From: Heterodontus francisci
Taxonomy: Eukaryota
Assembly: GCF_036365525.1 (NCBI RefSeq)
Contig: NW_027141701.1
Location: 124,001 to 188,000, forward strand
DNA length: 64,000 nt
Reading direction: 5' to 3'
This document shows positions 50,265 to 62,239 of this stretch, one piece after another. A program made the translations under genes and the position numbers. The stretch's first letter is position 1, and each line of letters begins with the position of its first letter. The notes under the pieces were generated by a model. The model did not search any database. It saw nothing but the letters and a program-made list of their open reading frames with translations, and was not told where the DNA came from.

Positions 50265-50282
50265 AACTATCCTCTGCTATCA
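50265..50282 (-). promoter_or_regulatory. Primer-binding site for initiator tRNA-Met
   Basis: + strand AACTATCCTCTGCTATCA versus the tRNA-iMet 3' end AACCATCCTCTGCTACCA (2 mismatches), adjacent to the 5' LTR. Confidence 0.85.
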
Positions 50283-50539
50283 TATTATATTCCAGGAAGC
50301 CAGTTGGTGAAGGAAAGCACTGGAGCCAATCTTTAGTCAATCTCACATTTATTTACAGAGTCAAACATTACATGGACACAGCTCCTAACTCAACCACAGT
50401 TTCAGTAAGTGTCTCTTTACATGTGCTCAAGTGAAATCCTAATTAATGTCCTCCACCTGCATATAAATAAACACAATTCATATGCAATTAACACATAGAC
50501 AGTAATGAGATAACTAGATAAAACAAAGTTAAAGGATGT

Positions 50540-51947
50540 AAAGATAAGCCCAGCAACTACAGGCCAATCAGTTTATTGGTGGTGGGGAAACTTCTAGAAA
50601 CAATAATTCAGGACAAAATTAATAGTCACATGGACAGATGCGGGTTAATTAAGAAAAGCCAGCATGGATCTGTCTCGGGAAAATCATGTTTAACTAACTT
50701 GCTGGAGTTTTGGAAGGGGCAACTGAGATGGTTGATGAGTGCAATGCTGTTGATGTGGTGTACATGGACATCCAAAAGACATTTGATACAGTACCACACA
50801 ACCGACTTGTGAGCTCAGTCATAGCTCATGGAATAAAAGGGACAGTAGCAACATGGATACGAAATTGGCTGAGTGACAGGAAACAGAGAGTAGTGATTAA
50901 TGGATGTTTTACGGGCTGGAGGAAGGTTTGTAGTGGAGTTCCCCAGGGGTCAGTGTTAGGGCCCTTGCTCTTCCTAATCTATATTAATGACTTTGACCTT
51001 GGTGTACAGGGCACAATTTCAAAATTTGCGGATGATACGAAACTTGGAAACATTGTGAACTATGAGGGGGATAGTGTAGAACTTCAAAAGCACATAGACA
51101 AGCTGGTGGAATGGGTGGACAAGTGGCAGAAGAAGTTCAATGCAGAGAAATATGAAATGATTCATTTTGGTAGGAAGAACATGGAGACAATATAAAATAA
51201 AGGGTACAATTCTAAAGGGTGGTGCAGGAACAGAGGGACCTGTGAGTATATGTGCATAAGTCATTGAAGATGGCAGGATAGGTTGAGAGTGCGGTCAATA
51301 ATGTATGCAGTATCCTAGGTTTTATTAATAGGTGCATAGAGTACAAGAGCAAGGAGGTTATGTTGAACTTCTATACGACACTAGTTTGGCCTCAGCTGGA
51401 GTATTGCATCCAGTTCTGGGTGCCACATTTAAGGAAAGACTTGAAGGGATTGGAAAGAATCCAGAAAAGATTCACAAGAATGGTTCCAAGGATAAGAAAC
51501 TTCATTTACGAGGATAGACTGGAGAAATTTGGACTGTTTTCTTTGGAGAAGAGAAAGCTGAGAGGAGTTTTGATAGAGGTATTCAAAATCATGAGGGATC
51601 TGGACAGAATAGAGAAGGAGAAATTCATGAAAGGATCGAGAACGGGAGGGCACAGATTTAAGATAATTGACATAGGAAGCAATGGTGACATGAGGAAAAA
51701 CCTTTCCACACAGCGAGTGGTTGGGATCTGGAATGCACTGCCTGATAGCGTGGTGGAGGCAGGTTCAAACAAGCCATTCAATAGGGAATTAGTCAGTTAC
51801 CTGAAAATGAAGAATGCACAGGGTTCTGGAGAGAAGGCGGGGGTGGGGGTGGGAACTGCACTAAGCGAATTACTCACTCCGAGAGCTGGTGCAGACATGA
51901 TGGGCCGAATGGCCTCCTTCTGTGCTGTAACGATTCTGTGATTCTGT
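50540..51947 (+). mobile_element. CR1 RT and 3' fragment
   Basis: GVPQGSVLGP, FADDTKLG, LEYCIQFW; (ATTCTGTG) tail. Confidence 0.92.
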
Positions 51948-52404
51948 GCGGATCTGCTAACATTCTAATGATGCCAACTGAACTGCTTTTAATGTCATTA
52001 AATATTGTTTCTTAATGGTCTACACACACAATCAGTTCATATCCAATACAAACAGCTGTTGGCTAAATCAGTATTAACAGCAGTCACACCATTTCAGACG
52101 TTTAACAGACTCAAAGCAGGTTACATTTTTTTTTTAAACATCCTTTAAACAGACGAGTTCCTTTCCCTCTTAATTCTATTACCTAGTACTCACTGGAAAG
52201 TGACATTCTTGGGATTATTTTACAGAACAGTTCAAATCCAGCCAAGTTTCAGTGTTATTTAACAATGCAAGGGATTTATATATATGGTGGAAGATTTTAG
52301 TTCGGCCAACTGACAGAATTTCCATGATTATAAGAATTAAACCAACAAGAGATTAATATCAAGATAAAATGGTGGAAATGCTCAGCAGGCAGGTAGCATT
52401 ATGT

Positions 52405-52439
52405 GTTCTGATGAAAGGTCACTGACCTGAAACGTTAAC
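52405..52439 (+). ncRNA. Minimal hammerhead ribozyme motif in a Penelope-type repeat
   Basis: GTT-CTGATGA-A-AGGTC-ACT-GACCT-GAAA-CGTT-AAC: conserved core, 5-bp stem II, palindromic ACGT helix III, short stem I. Confidence 0.7.
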
Positions 52440-53019
52440 TCTGCTTCTCTCTCCACAGATGCTGCCAGACCTGCCGAGAATTTCCAGCAATTTTTGTTTT
52501 CATTTCAGATTTTCAGCATCTGCAGTATTTTGCTTTTATTTTAGCATTATAATGGCACTTGCTAACTGCATGAGTCAAAATTAAATGCACCCGAGAATCA
52601 CAGCAGAAGCTGGCCTCCCACCTTCACTCCCATTGAAAGTAAATGTCAGGTTCTAACACAAACCACTGTTAATTCACAAAAAGCTGGCGGCTTGCCTTTT
52701 TATTGTTCATTCCCTTTCTCCCCCTTCTGTTTTTTCTCTCTCAGTCCCACGCCAGAGATTATGCAGCAAACCCTCTGGAAAGGCAATAGAGACATCCTGC
52801 GGTCCAGTGAGCCCCAGTCTGAGGACCACTACTTTATACAGTGAGATTCGGGCTGTGTCTGCCTGTCCCACTCTGGGCTCATGTGGAATCATTTCCTTTT
52901 ACTGATCCTGTTCATTCTCAATTTGTTCTGCACAAAACAGCACAGATTCCTTTCCTACCCTGTGCAAGGTCACCTGGAATAAACCCATTCCATGTCCCTG
53001 CACTTTACAATATATACAC

Positions 53020-53540
53020 ATTTATCAACCTCCTCTATTTGTGTCTCACTCTGTATCACTGTATTCTGTCTCACCTTTATCAATCACCCTCTGTTTGTGT
53101 CTCTCTGTATCACTGTATTCAAGTCTCACCTTTATCAATCACTCTCTGTTTGTGTCTCTCTGTATCACTGTATTCAAGTCTCACCTTTATCAATCACTCT
53201 CTGTTTGTGTCTCTCTGTATCACTGTATTCAAGTCTCACCTTTATCAATCACCCTCTGTTTGTGTCTCTCTGTATCACTGTATTCAAGTCTCACCTTTAT
53301 CAATCACTCTCTATTTGTGTCTCTCTGTATCACTCTATTCTGTCTCACCTTTATCAATCACTCTCTGTTTGTGTCTCTCTGTATCACTGTATTCAGTCTC
53401 ACCTTTGTCAATCACCCTCGGTTTGTGTCTCTCTGTATCACTGTATTCAGTCTCACCTTTATCAATCACTCTCTGTTTGTGTCTCTCTGTATCACTGTAT
53501 TCAGTCTCACCTTTGTCAATCACCCTTGGTTTGTGTCTTT
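53020..53540 (+). repeat. 54-55-bp minisatellite, about 9.5 copies
   Basis: TTTATCAATCACTCTCTGTTTGTGTCTCTCTGTATCACTGTATTCAAGTCTCACC. Confidence 0.95.
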
Positions 53541-53599
53541 CGGGTTCTTTTACCACAAAAATATGCTGTTCACAAAATTTGTAAGTACAACACATATAG

Positions 53600-54512
53600 G
53601 TCAAAGTTGACATTGCATAAAATGCAATACAGACCAATTTATTTCAATACAGTATATGAGGTGATTCACAACACTTGCCATTACAGGTACATTTGCATTT
53701 GATATCATTCTCTGGTGCATATAGCCCAAGGGGTTTTCCACGGGTTCCAGCCTCTCGGCTTACCATAGTGAGAAGGCCTTAGATAGTGGCATTTTCCCAT
53801 TGAGCCTTTGTGGCAGCTGCCCCAATACATCCCTCAATACATAGGCCCGGACCTCGGACTGTGCCAGTCTGCAACACTCGGTTATTGACAGCTCTTTGCA
53901 CTGGAAGACCAGTAGGTTTTGTGCAGACCAAAGAGCATCTTTCAGCGAGTTGATGGTCCTCCAGCAGCAGCTGATGTTTATCTCAGTATGTGTCCTGGGG
54001 AACAGCTATAGAGCACTGAGTCCTGTATTACAGAGCTGCTCAGGATCAACTTTGTGGAAAACCACTGCATCTCTTTCCAGAGCTGCTTTGTAAAGGCACA
54101 TTCCAGAAAGAGGTGGGTGATGGTCTCTTCCCCACCGCAGTCACCTCAAGGGCAGCGTGCGGAGGCAGGCAGGCAGGCTCTGGCCATGCAGAACTGACAG
54201 GGAGGGCCCTTCTCACCACCAGGATTGCTATATCTATGTGCTTGTTTGGAAGTTCTGGCAATGACACCATCTGGAAATGCATTTGACAGTCTGCACAGAG
54301 AACCAACCGACAGGGTCCACCATCTCCTTTTCCCGCAGGGCCTCAAGGATGTTATGTGTGGAATACTGCCTGATGGACTAGTGATCAAAGGTGTTTTTCT
54401 GTACAAACGTTGCCACGAGAGACAGATAGTACGGCACGGTCCAACTGAATGGAGCTTTAAGCAACAACATGGCCAGACACATTCTCAGCAACGCCAGGGA
54501 CAGATAGATCAG
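53600..54512 (-). mobile_element. L1/Tx1-clade LINE 3' fragment
   Basis: Reverse-complement homology to about 42220-43000 (SLPELPNKH.DIA.LVVRRALP; ARCP). Confidence 0.8.
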
Positions 54513-54809
54513 TGTGTCTCAGTATCACTGTTCTGAGGCTCACTTTATCAATCTCCTCTACTGCTGACTCTGTGTATCACTCATTGTACTCAGAAATTTT
54601 CTGTGTAAATTTTATCTGTAACAGGCGAACTAGAAACTCCTGAGCACTTGAGTATTGGCCATGGGAAATTTACATTTTAAAATTAACTGATCTGAAGCAA
54701 AGTTGTCAGTAGCTTATTCATTACAATTCAAGGCAAATTCTGGATAGTATCTGGCTATGCACACAGGCACCTTAGAGAGAATATTGTCCTCCTTGAAGTC
54801 CCATGGTCC

Positions 54810-57800
54810 CATTCACCCTCTCCTCTCACAGGTCTCATTCTCGTTCTCTCCTCTCACTGGTCTCATTCTTGTTCTCTCCTCTCACAGCTCCCATTCTCTC
54901 TCTCTCTCTCCTCTCACTGCCCCCATTCTCTCTCTCTTCTCTCACTGCCCCCATTCTCTCTCTCTTCTCTCACTGCCCCCATTCTCTCTCTCTTCTCTCA
55001 CTGCCCCCATTCTCTCTCGCTCTCCTCACAGCTCCCATTCTCTCTCTCTCTTCTCTCACTGCTCCCATTCTCTCTCTCTCTCCTCTCACTGCTCCCATTC
55101 TCACTCTCTCTCCTCTCACTGCTCCCATTCTCTCTCTCTCTCCTCTCACTGCCCCCATTCTCTCTCTCTTCTCTCACTGCCCCCATTCTCTCTCTCTTCT
55201 CTCACTGCCCCCATTCTCTCTCTCTTCTCTCACTGCCCCCATTCTCTCTCTCTCTCCTCTCACTGCTCCCATTCTCGTTCTCTCCTCTCACAGCTCCCAT
55301 TCTATCTCTCTCCTCTCACTGCCCCCATTCTCTCTCCCTCTCCTCTCACTGCTCCCATTCTCTCTCTCTCCTCTCACTGCTGCCATTCACTCTCTCTCCT
55401 CTCACTGCTGCCATTCTCTCTCTCTCCTCTCACTGCCCCCATTCTCTCTCTCTCCTCTCACTGCCCCCATTCTCTCTCTCTCCTCTCACTGCTCCCATTC
55501 TCTCTCTCTCCTCTCACTCTCCCATTCTCTCTCTCTCCTCTCAGTGCTCCCATTCTCTCTCTCTCCTCTCAGTGCTCCCATTCTCTCTCTCTCTCCTCTC
55601 ACTGCTCCCATTCTCTCTCTGTCCTCTCACTGCCCCCATTCTCTCTCTCTCTTCTCTGACTGCCCCATTCTCTCTCTCTCCTCTAACTGCCCCCATTCTC
55701 TCTCTCTCCTCTCACAGGTCTCATTCTCATTCTCTCCTCTCACAGCTCCCATTCTCTCTCTCTCCTCTCACTGCCCCCATTGTCTCTCTCTCCTCTTACT
55801 GCTCCCATTCTCTCTCTCTCCTCTCACTGCCCCCATTCTCTCTCTCTCTCCTCTCACTGCCCCCATTCTCTCTCTCTCTTCTCTCACTGCCCCCATTCTC
55901 TCTCTCTCTCCTCTCACTGCCCCCATTCTCTCTCTCTCTTCTCTCACTGCCCCCATTCTCTCTCTCTCTCCTCTCACTGCCCCCATTCTCTCTCTCTCTC
56001 CTCTCACTGCCCCCATTCTCTCTCTCTCTCCTCTCACTGCCCCCATTCTCTCTCTCTCTCCTCTCACTGCTGCCATTCTCTCTCTCTCCTCTCACTGCTG
56101 CCATTCTCTCTCTCTCCTCTCACTGCCCCCATTCTCTCTCTCTCCTCTCACTGCCCCCATTCTCTCTCTCCTCTCACTGCCCCCATTCTCTCTCTCTCCT
56201 CTCACTGCCCCCATTCTCTATCTCTCCTCTCACTGCCCCCATTCTCTCTCTCTCTCCTCTCACTGCCCCCATTCTCTCTCTCTCTTCTCTCACTGCCCCC
56301 ATTCTCTCTCTCTCTTCTCTCACTGCCCCCATTCTCTCTCTCTCTTCTCTCACTGCCCCCATTCTCCCTCTCTCTCCTCTCACTGCCCCCATTCTCTCTC
56401 TCTCTCCTCTCACTGCCCCCATTCTCTCTCTCTCCTCTCACTGCCCCCATTCTCTCTCTCTCCTCTCACAGCTCCCATTCTCTCTCTCTCCCTCCTCTCA
56501 CTGCCCCCATTCTCTCTCTCTCCTCTCACTGCCCCCATTCTCTCTCTCTCTCCTCTCACTGCCCCCATTCTCTCTCTCTCTCCTCTCACTGCCCCCATTC
56601 TCCCTCTCTCTCCTCTCACTGCCCCCATTCTCTCTCTCTCTCCTCTCACTGCCCCCATTCTCTCTCTCTCGTCTCACAGCTCCCATTCTCTCTCTCTCCT
56701 CTCACTGCCCCCATTCTCTCTCTCTCCTCTCACTGCCCCCATTCTCTCTCTCTCTCCTCTCACTGCTCCCATTCTCTCTCTCTCGTCTCACAGCTCCCAT
56801 TCTCTCTCTCTCCTCTCACTGCCCCCATTCTCTCTCTCTCCTCTCACTGCCCCCATTCTCTCTCTCTCTCCTCTCACTGCTCCCATTCTCTCTCTCTCCT
56901 CTCACTGCTCCCATTCTCTCTCTCTCTCCTCTCACTGCCGCCATTCTCTCTCTCTCCTCTCAATGCTCCCACTCTCTCTCTCTCCTCTCACTGCTCCCAT
57001 TCTCTCTCTCCTCTCTCACTGCTCCCATTCTCTCCCTCTCTCTCCCTCTCCTCTCACTGCTGCCATTCTCTCTCTCTCCTCTCACTGCCCCCATTCTCTC
57101 TCTCTCCTCTCACTGCCCCCATTCTCTCTCTCTCCTCTCACTGCTTCCATTCTCTCTCTCTCCTCTCACTGCTCCCATTCTCTCTCTCTCTCTCTCCTCT
57201 CACTGCCCCCATTCTCTCTCTCTCTCCTCTCACTGCCGCCATTCTCTCTCTCTCCTCTCAATGCTCCCACTCTCTCTCTCTCCTCTCACTGCTCCCATTC
57301 TCTCTCTCTCCTCTCTCTGCTCCCATTCTCTCCCTCTCTCTCCCTCTCCTCTCACTGCTGCCATTCTCTCTCTCTCCTCTCACTGCCCCCATTCTCTCTC
57401 TCTCCTCTCACTGCCCCCATTCTCTCTCTCTCCTCTCACTGCCACCATTCTCTCTCTCTCCTCTCACTGCTCCCATTCTCTCTCTCTCTCCTCTCACTGC
57501 TCCCATTCTCTCTCTCTCTCCTCTCACTGCCCCCATTCTCTATCTCTCCTCTCACTGCCCCCATTCTCTCCCTCTCTCCTCTCACTGCCCCCATTCTCTC
57601 TCTCTCTCCTCTCACTGCCCCCATTCTCTCTCTCTCTCCTCTCACTGCCCCCATTCTCTCTCTCTCTTCTCTCACTGCCCCCATTCTCTCTCTCTTCTCT
57701 CACTGCCCCCATTCTCCCTCTCTCTCTTCTCACTGCCCCCATTCTCTCTCTCTCTCCTCTCACTGCCCCCATTCTCTCTCTCTCGTCTCACAGCTCCCAT

Positions 57801-59340
57801 TCTCTCTCTCTCCTCTCACTGCTCCCATTCTCTCTCTCTCTCTCCTCTCACTGCCCCCATTCTCTCTCTCTCCTCTCACTGCTCCCATTCTCTCTCTCTC
57901 CTCTCACTGCTCCCATTCTCTCTCTCTCTCCTCTCACTGCTCCCATTCTCTCTCTCTCTCCTCTCACTGCCCCCATTCTCTATCTCTCCTCTCACTGCCC
58001 CCATTCTCTCCCTCTCTCCTCTCACTGCCCCCATTCTCTCTCTCTCTCTTCTCACTGCCCCCATTCTCTCTCTCTCTCCTCTCACTGCCCCCATTCTCTC
58101 TCTCTCTTCTCTCACTGCCCCCATTCTCTCTCTCTTCTCTCACTGCCCCCATTCTCCCTCTCTCTCTTCTCACTGCCCCCATTCTCTCTCTCTCTCCTCT
58201 CACTGCCCCCATTCTCTCTCTCTCGTCTCACAGCTCCCATTCTCTCTCTCTCCTCTCACTGCTCCCATTCTCTCTCTCTCTCTCCTCTCACTGCCCCCAT
58301 TCTCTCTCTCTCCTCTCACTGCCGCCATTCTCTCTCTCTCCTCTCAATGCTCCCACTCTCTCTCTCTCCTCTCACTGCTCCCATTCTCTCTCTCCTCTCT
58401 CACTGCTCCCATTCTCTCCCTCTCTCTCCCTCTCCTCTCACTGCTGCCATTCTCTCTCTCTCCTCTCACTGCCCCCATTCTCTCTCTCTCCTCTCACTGC
58501 CCCCATTCTCTCTCTCTCCTCTCACTGCCACCATTCTCTCTCTCTCCTCTCACTGCTCCCATTCTCTCTCTCTCTCCTCTCACTGCTCCCTTTCTCTCTC
58601 TCTCTCCTCTTTGCCCCCATTCTCTCTCTCTCTCCTCTCACTGCCCCCATTCTCTCTCTCTCTCCTCTCACTGCCCCCATTCTCTCTCTCTCTCCTCTCA
58701 CTGCCCCCATTCTCTCTCTCTCTCCTCTCACTGCCCCCATTCTCTCTCTCTCTCCTCTCACTGCCCCCATTCTCTCTCTCTCTCCTCTCACTGCCCCCAT
58801 TCTCTCTCTCTCTCCTCTCACTGCCCCCATTCTCTCTCTCTCTCCTCTCACTGCCCCCATTCTCTCTCTCTCTCCTCTCACTGCCCCCATTCTCTCTCTC
58901 TCTCCTCTCACTGCCCCCATTCTCTCTCTCTCTCCTCTCACTGCCCCCATTCTCTCTCTCTCTCCTCTCACTGCCCCCATTCTCTCTCTCTCTCCTCTCA
59001 CTGCCCCCATTCTCTCTCTCTCTCCTCTCACTGCCCCCATTCTCTCTCTCTCTCCTCTCACTGCCCCCATTCTCTCTCTCTCTCCTCTCACTGCCCCCAT
59101 TCTCTCTCTCTCTCCTCTCACTGCCCCCATTCTCTCTCTCTCTCCTCTCACTGCCCCCATTCTCTCTCTCTCCCCTCACTGCCCCCATTCTCTCTCTCTC
59201 CTCTCACTGCTCCCATTCTCTCTCTCTCCTCTCACTGCTCCCATTCTCTCTCTCTCCTCTCACTGCTCCTATTCTCTCTCTCTCTCCTCTCACTCTCCCA
59301 TTCTCTCTCTCCGCTCACTACTCCCATTCATTCTCCCGCA
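54810..59340 (+). repeat. 4.5-kb polypyrimidine minisatellite, 28-30-bp unit
   Basis: CTCTCACTGCCCCCATT(CT)n; 18 identical 30-bp units at 58621-59160. Confidence 0.98.
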
Positions 59341-60840
59341 GCAAGTATGGCATCAAGTAGCCCGAGCAAAACTTCAGATAATGGGAATCAGGGGGAAAAC
59401 TCTCCACTGGTTGAAATCGTACCTAGCGTAATGGAAGATGGTTGTGGTCATTGGAGGTCAATCATCTGAGCTCCAGGACATCACTGCAGGAGTTCCTCAG
59501 GGTAGTGTCCTCGGCCTAACCATCTTCAGCTTCTTCATCAATGACCTTTCTTCAAAAATAAGGTCTAGAAGTAGGGATGTTCGCTGATGATTGCACAATG
59601 TTCAGCACCATTCGCGACTCCTCAAATACTGAAGCAGTCTGTTTAGAAATGCAGCAAGATCTGGACAATATCCAGGCTTGGGCTGATAAGTGGCAAGCAA
59701 CATTCGTGCCACACAAGTGCCAGGCAATGACCATCTCCAACAAGAGTGAGTCTAACCATCTCCTCTCGACTTTCGATGGCATTACGATTGCTGAATCCCC
59801 CATTATCAACATCCTAGGGGTTACCCTTGACCAGAAACTGAACTGGAGTAGCCATATAAATACCGTGGCTACAAGAGCAGGTCAGAGGCTAGGAATCCCG
59901 CAGCAAGGGGCGGCACAGTGGCGCAGTGGTTAGCACCGCAGCCTCACAGCTCCAGGGACCCGGGTTCGATTCCGGGTACTGCCTGTGTGGAGTTTGCAAG
60001 TTCTCCCTGTGTCTGCGTGGGTTTCCTCCGGGTGCTCCGGTTTCCTCCCACAAGCCAAAAGACTTGCAGGTTGATAGGTAAATTGGCCATTATAAATTGT
60101 CACCAGTATAGGTAGGTGGTAGGGAAATATAAGGACAGGAGGGGATGTTTGTTGGGAATATGGGATTAGTGTAGGATTAGTATAAATGGGTGGTTGATGT
60201 TCGGCACAGACTCGGTGGGCCGAAGGGCCTGTTTCAGTGCTGTATCTCTAATCTAATCTAATCTAAAAAAGTAGCTCACCTCCTGACTCCCCAAAGCCTG
60301 TCCACCATGTACAAGGCATAAGTCAGAAGTGTGATGGAACACTCTCCACTTGCCTGGATGGGTGCAGCTCCAACAACATTCAAGAAGCTCGACACCATCC
60401 AGGACAAAGCAGCCAGCTTGATTGGCACCCCGTCTACAAACATTCACTCCCTCCGCTACTGACACACAGTAGCAGCAGTGTGTACATCTGCAAGATGCAC
60501 TGCAGCAATGCACCAAGGCCACTCAGGCAGCACCTTCCAAACCCACGACCCCTACAACCTAGAAGATAAGGGCAGCAGATGTGTGGGAACACCACAACCT
60601 TCAAGTTCCCCTCCAAGTCACACACCATCCTGACTTGGAACTATATTGCCATTCCTTCACTGCCGCTGGGTCAAAATCCTGGAACTCCCTTCCTAACAGC
60701 ACTGTGGGTGTACCTACCACACTAGGACTGTGGCTTTTCAAGAAGGTGGTTCACCACCACCTTCTCTTGGGCAATTAGGGCTGGGCAATAAATGCTGGCC
60801 TGGCCGGTGATGCCCACAGCCCATGAAATAAATAAGAAAA
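59340..60840 (+). mobile_element. APE-RT LINE 3' part (36720 family)
   Basis: GVPQGSVLG, MFADD, QAWADKWQ motifs and the shared 3' tail. Confidence 0.9.
59907..60270 (+). mobile_element. HE1-type tRNA-derived SINE, full length; 5'-truncated copy at about 60925-61116
   Basis: A box TGGCGCAGTGG, B box GGTTCGATTCC, (ATCTA)n tail; interrupts the LINE. Confidence 0.92.
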
Positions 60841-61224
60841 TTACGAGTATATTACCTCATGTTTGAGAACTTATTGAACGCCTTCTGAAAATCCAAATAC
60901 ACCACATCCACTGTTTCCCCCTTATGATAGGTAAATTGGCCATTATATAAATTGCCCCTAGTTTAGGTAGGTGGTAGGGAAATATATGGACAGGTGGGGA
61001 TGTGGTAGGAATATGGAATTAGTGTAGGATTAGTATAAATGGGAGGTTGATGGTCAGCACAGACTCGATGGGCCGAAGGGCCTGTTTCAGTGTTGTATCT
61101 CTAAACTAAACTAAACTTTCCTGCTAATTACATCCTCAAAAATACTCCAACAAGTTTGTCAAACATGATTTCCCTTTCATAAATCCATGTTGACTCTGCC
61201 CAATCCTACCATTATTTTCTAATG

Positions 61225-61945
61225 GTTAGATTTAGTTGAGGTCCCGACGTCAGAGTCTGTGGCGGAGGACGCTGGAAGATTGTACCGGCTCCATGGCGGC
61301 CCCCCGCCTCTGGGTGATGGGACCTGGCTTTACATATTTAAATTAAGTAAATGAATAAATTTAAGTAGAATTCACAACAATCTTAGCTGCTGCACAGGAT
61401 CTTCTGAGCGGTGGCCAGCACTCATGCACCTTCACTTTCCTGTCCAGGGAAAGCTGGTGCCACCGAGGTGGGGAAGTACTTCGGATTTTTACTGCAGTGG
61501 GGATGGGTTGGGGGAGGTGTCTGATCAGCATTAGTAGTATAGAGGAGTGGGGTGAAGGGGTGACCTCTGTACTTTGATCAGCTTTGGGGGGCAAAGGTCA
61601 AGACTTACAGGTAAGTGTTTTGTTGTTGGGTGGGGGGGGGGTGCGGAAGAGAGACAACTATTACATTTAATTATTATTGTGGGGGGAGGGGCGATAGTTT
61701 ATTTTTCAGTGTAATTGGGGGGGGTAGACCTTTAAAAATTTCAATGTACTGGCAGGACTGGCTGTCCTTTAAAAACAGCGCCGAGCCTGCGCACAGGCAG
61801 CTGTCGCTGTTGTGGGCCTTGGAGAGCCCACCCCCTCCACGTGATTGGGGGACCGGTGGAGAGAGGGAGGGGAGACCTGACTGGTATATTATGTTGGGCC
61901 ACCGCAGGGTAGATTGCAGCAGCATGGCAGTGCAATTCAGCCCGA
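61225..61945. mobile_element. MITE-like element (9700 family) inside a minus-strand CR1 fragment
   Basis: Shared internal motifs (ATTTAAAT..AAT, CTTTAAAAA..GCGCC.GCGCCTGC) and terminal AATTCAGCCC. Confidence 0.55.
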
Positions 61946-62239
61946 AGTGTCCATTTATCACATCCTTTATAATAGATTCTAGCCTTTTCCCTACATCTGA
62001 TGTCAGGCTAACTGGTCTGTAGTTTTCTGTTTTCTCTCCTTCCTCTCTTAAATAGTGGGGTGACATTTGCTACCTTCCAATCTGCTGGAACTGCTCCAGA
62101 ATCTATTACATTTTGAAAGATAACCATCAATGCATCCATTATCTCTACAAATACCTCTTTCAACACTCTGGGATATAAATCATCAGGTCCAGAACAACTT
62201 TCAGTCCCATTAATTTCTCCAGTACTATATTTTACTACC

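Larger units (their letters stand above)
40571..50493 (-). mobile_element. Ty1/copia LTR retrotransposon (GalEa-like), decayed, with nested insertions
   Basis: LTRs at 50283-50493 and 40571-40774 (start TGTTAATTG on minus); PBS 50265-50282; PPT 40775-40793; minus-strand order gag (Y.QWK.EV..W, CFRCDS knuckle), INT (LHRQF.H..CEIC, TDNGGEF, SPFSNGLCERNH), RT (V(N)DFLWGG), RNaseH (EKR..ID...KQ...EI..IKWV). Confidence 0.9.

Noticed and set aside
52841-53702. Hydrophobic ORFs of 189-247 aa
   Set aside because: Translations of the 55-bp tandem repeat
54757-59469. ORFs of 1542, 1262 and 1229 aa
   Set aside because: Translations of a stop-free C/T minisatellite, open in all three frames, with low-complexity S/L/P content
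59907-59980. tRNA gene (also near 19935 and 9200)
   Set aside because: The A and B boxes belong to tRNA-derived SINE heads that continue into SINE body and LINE-like tail
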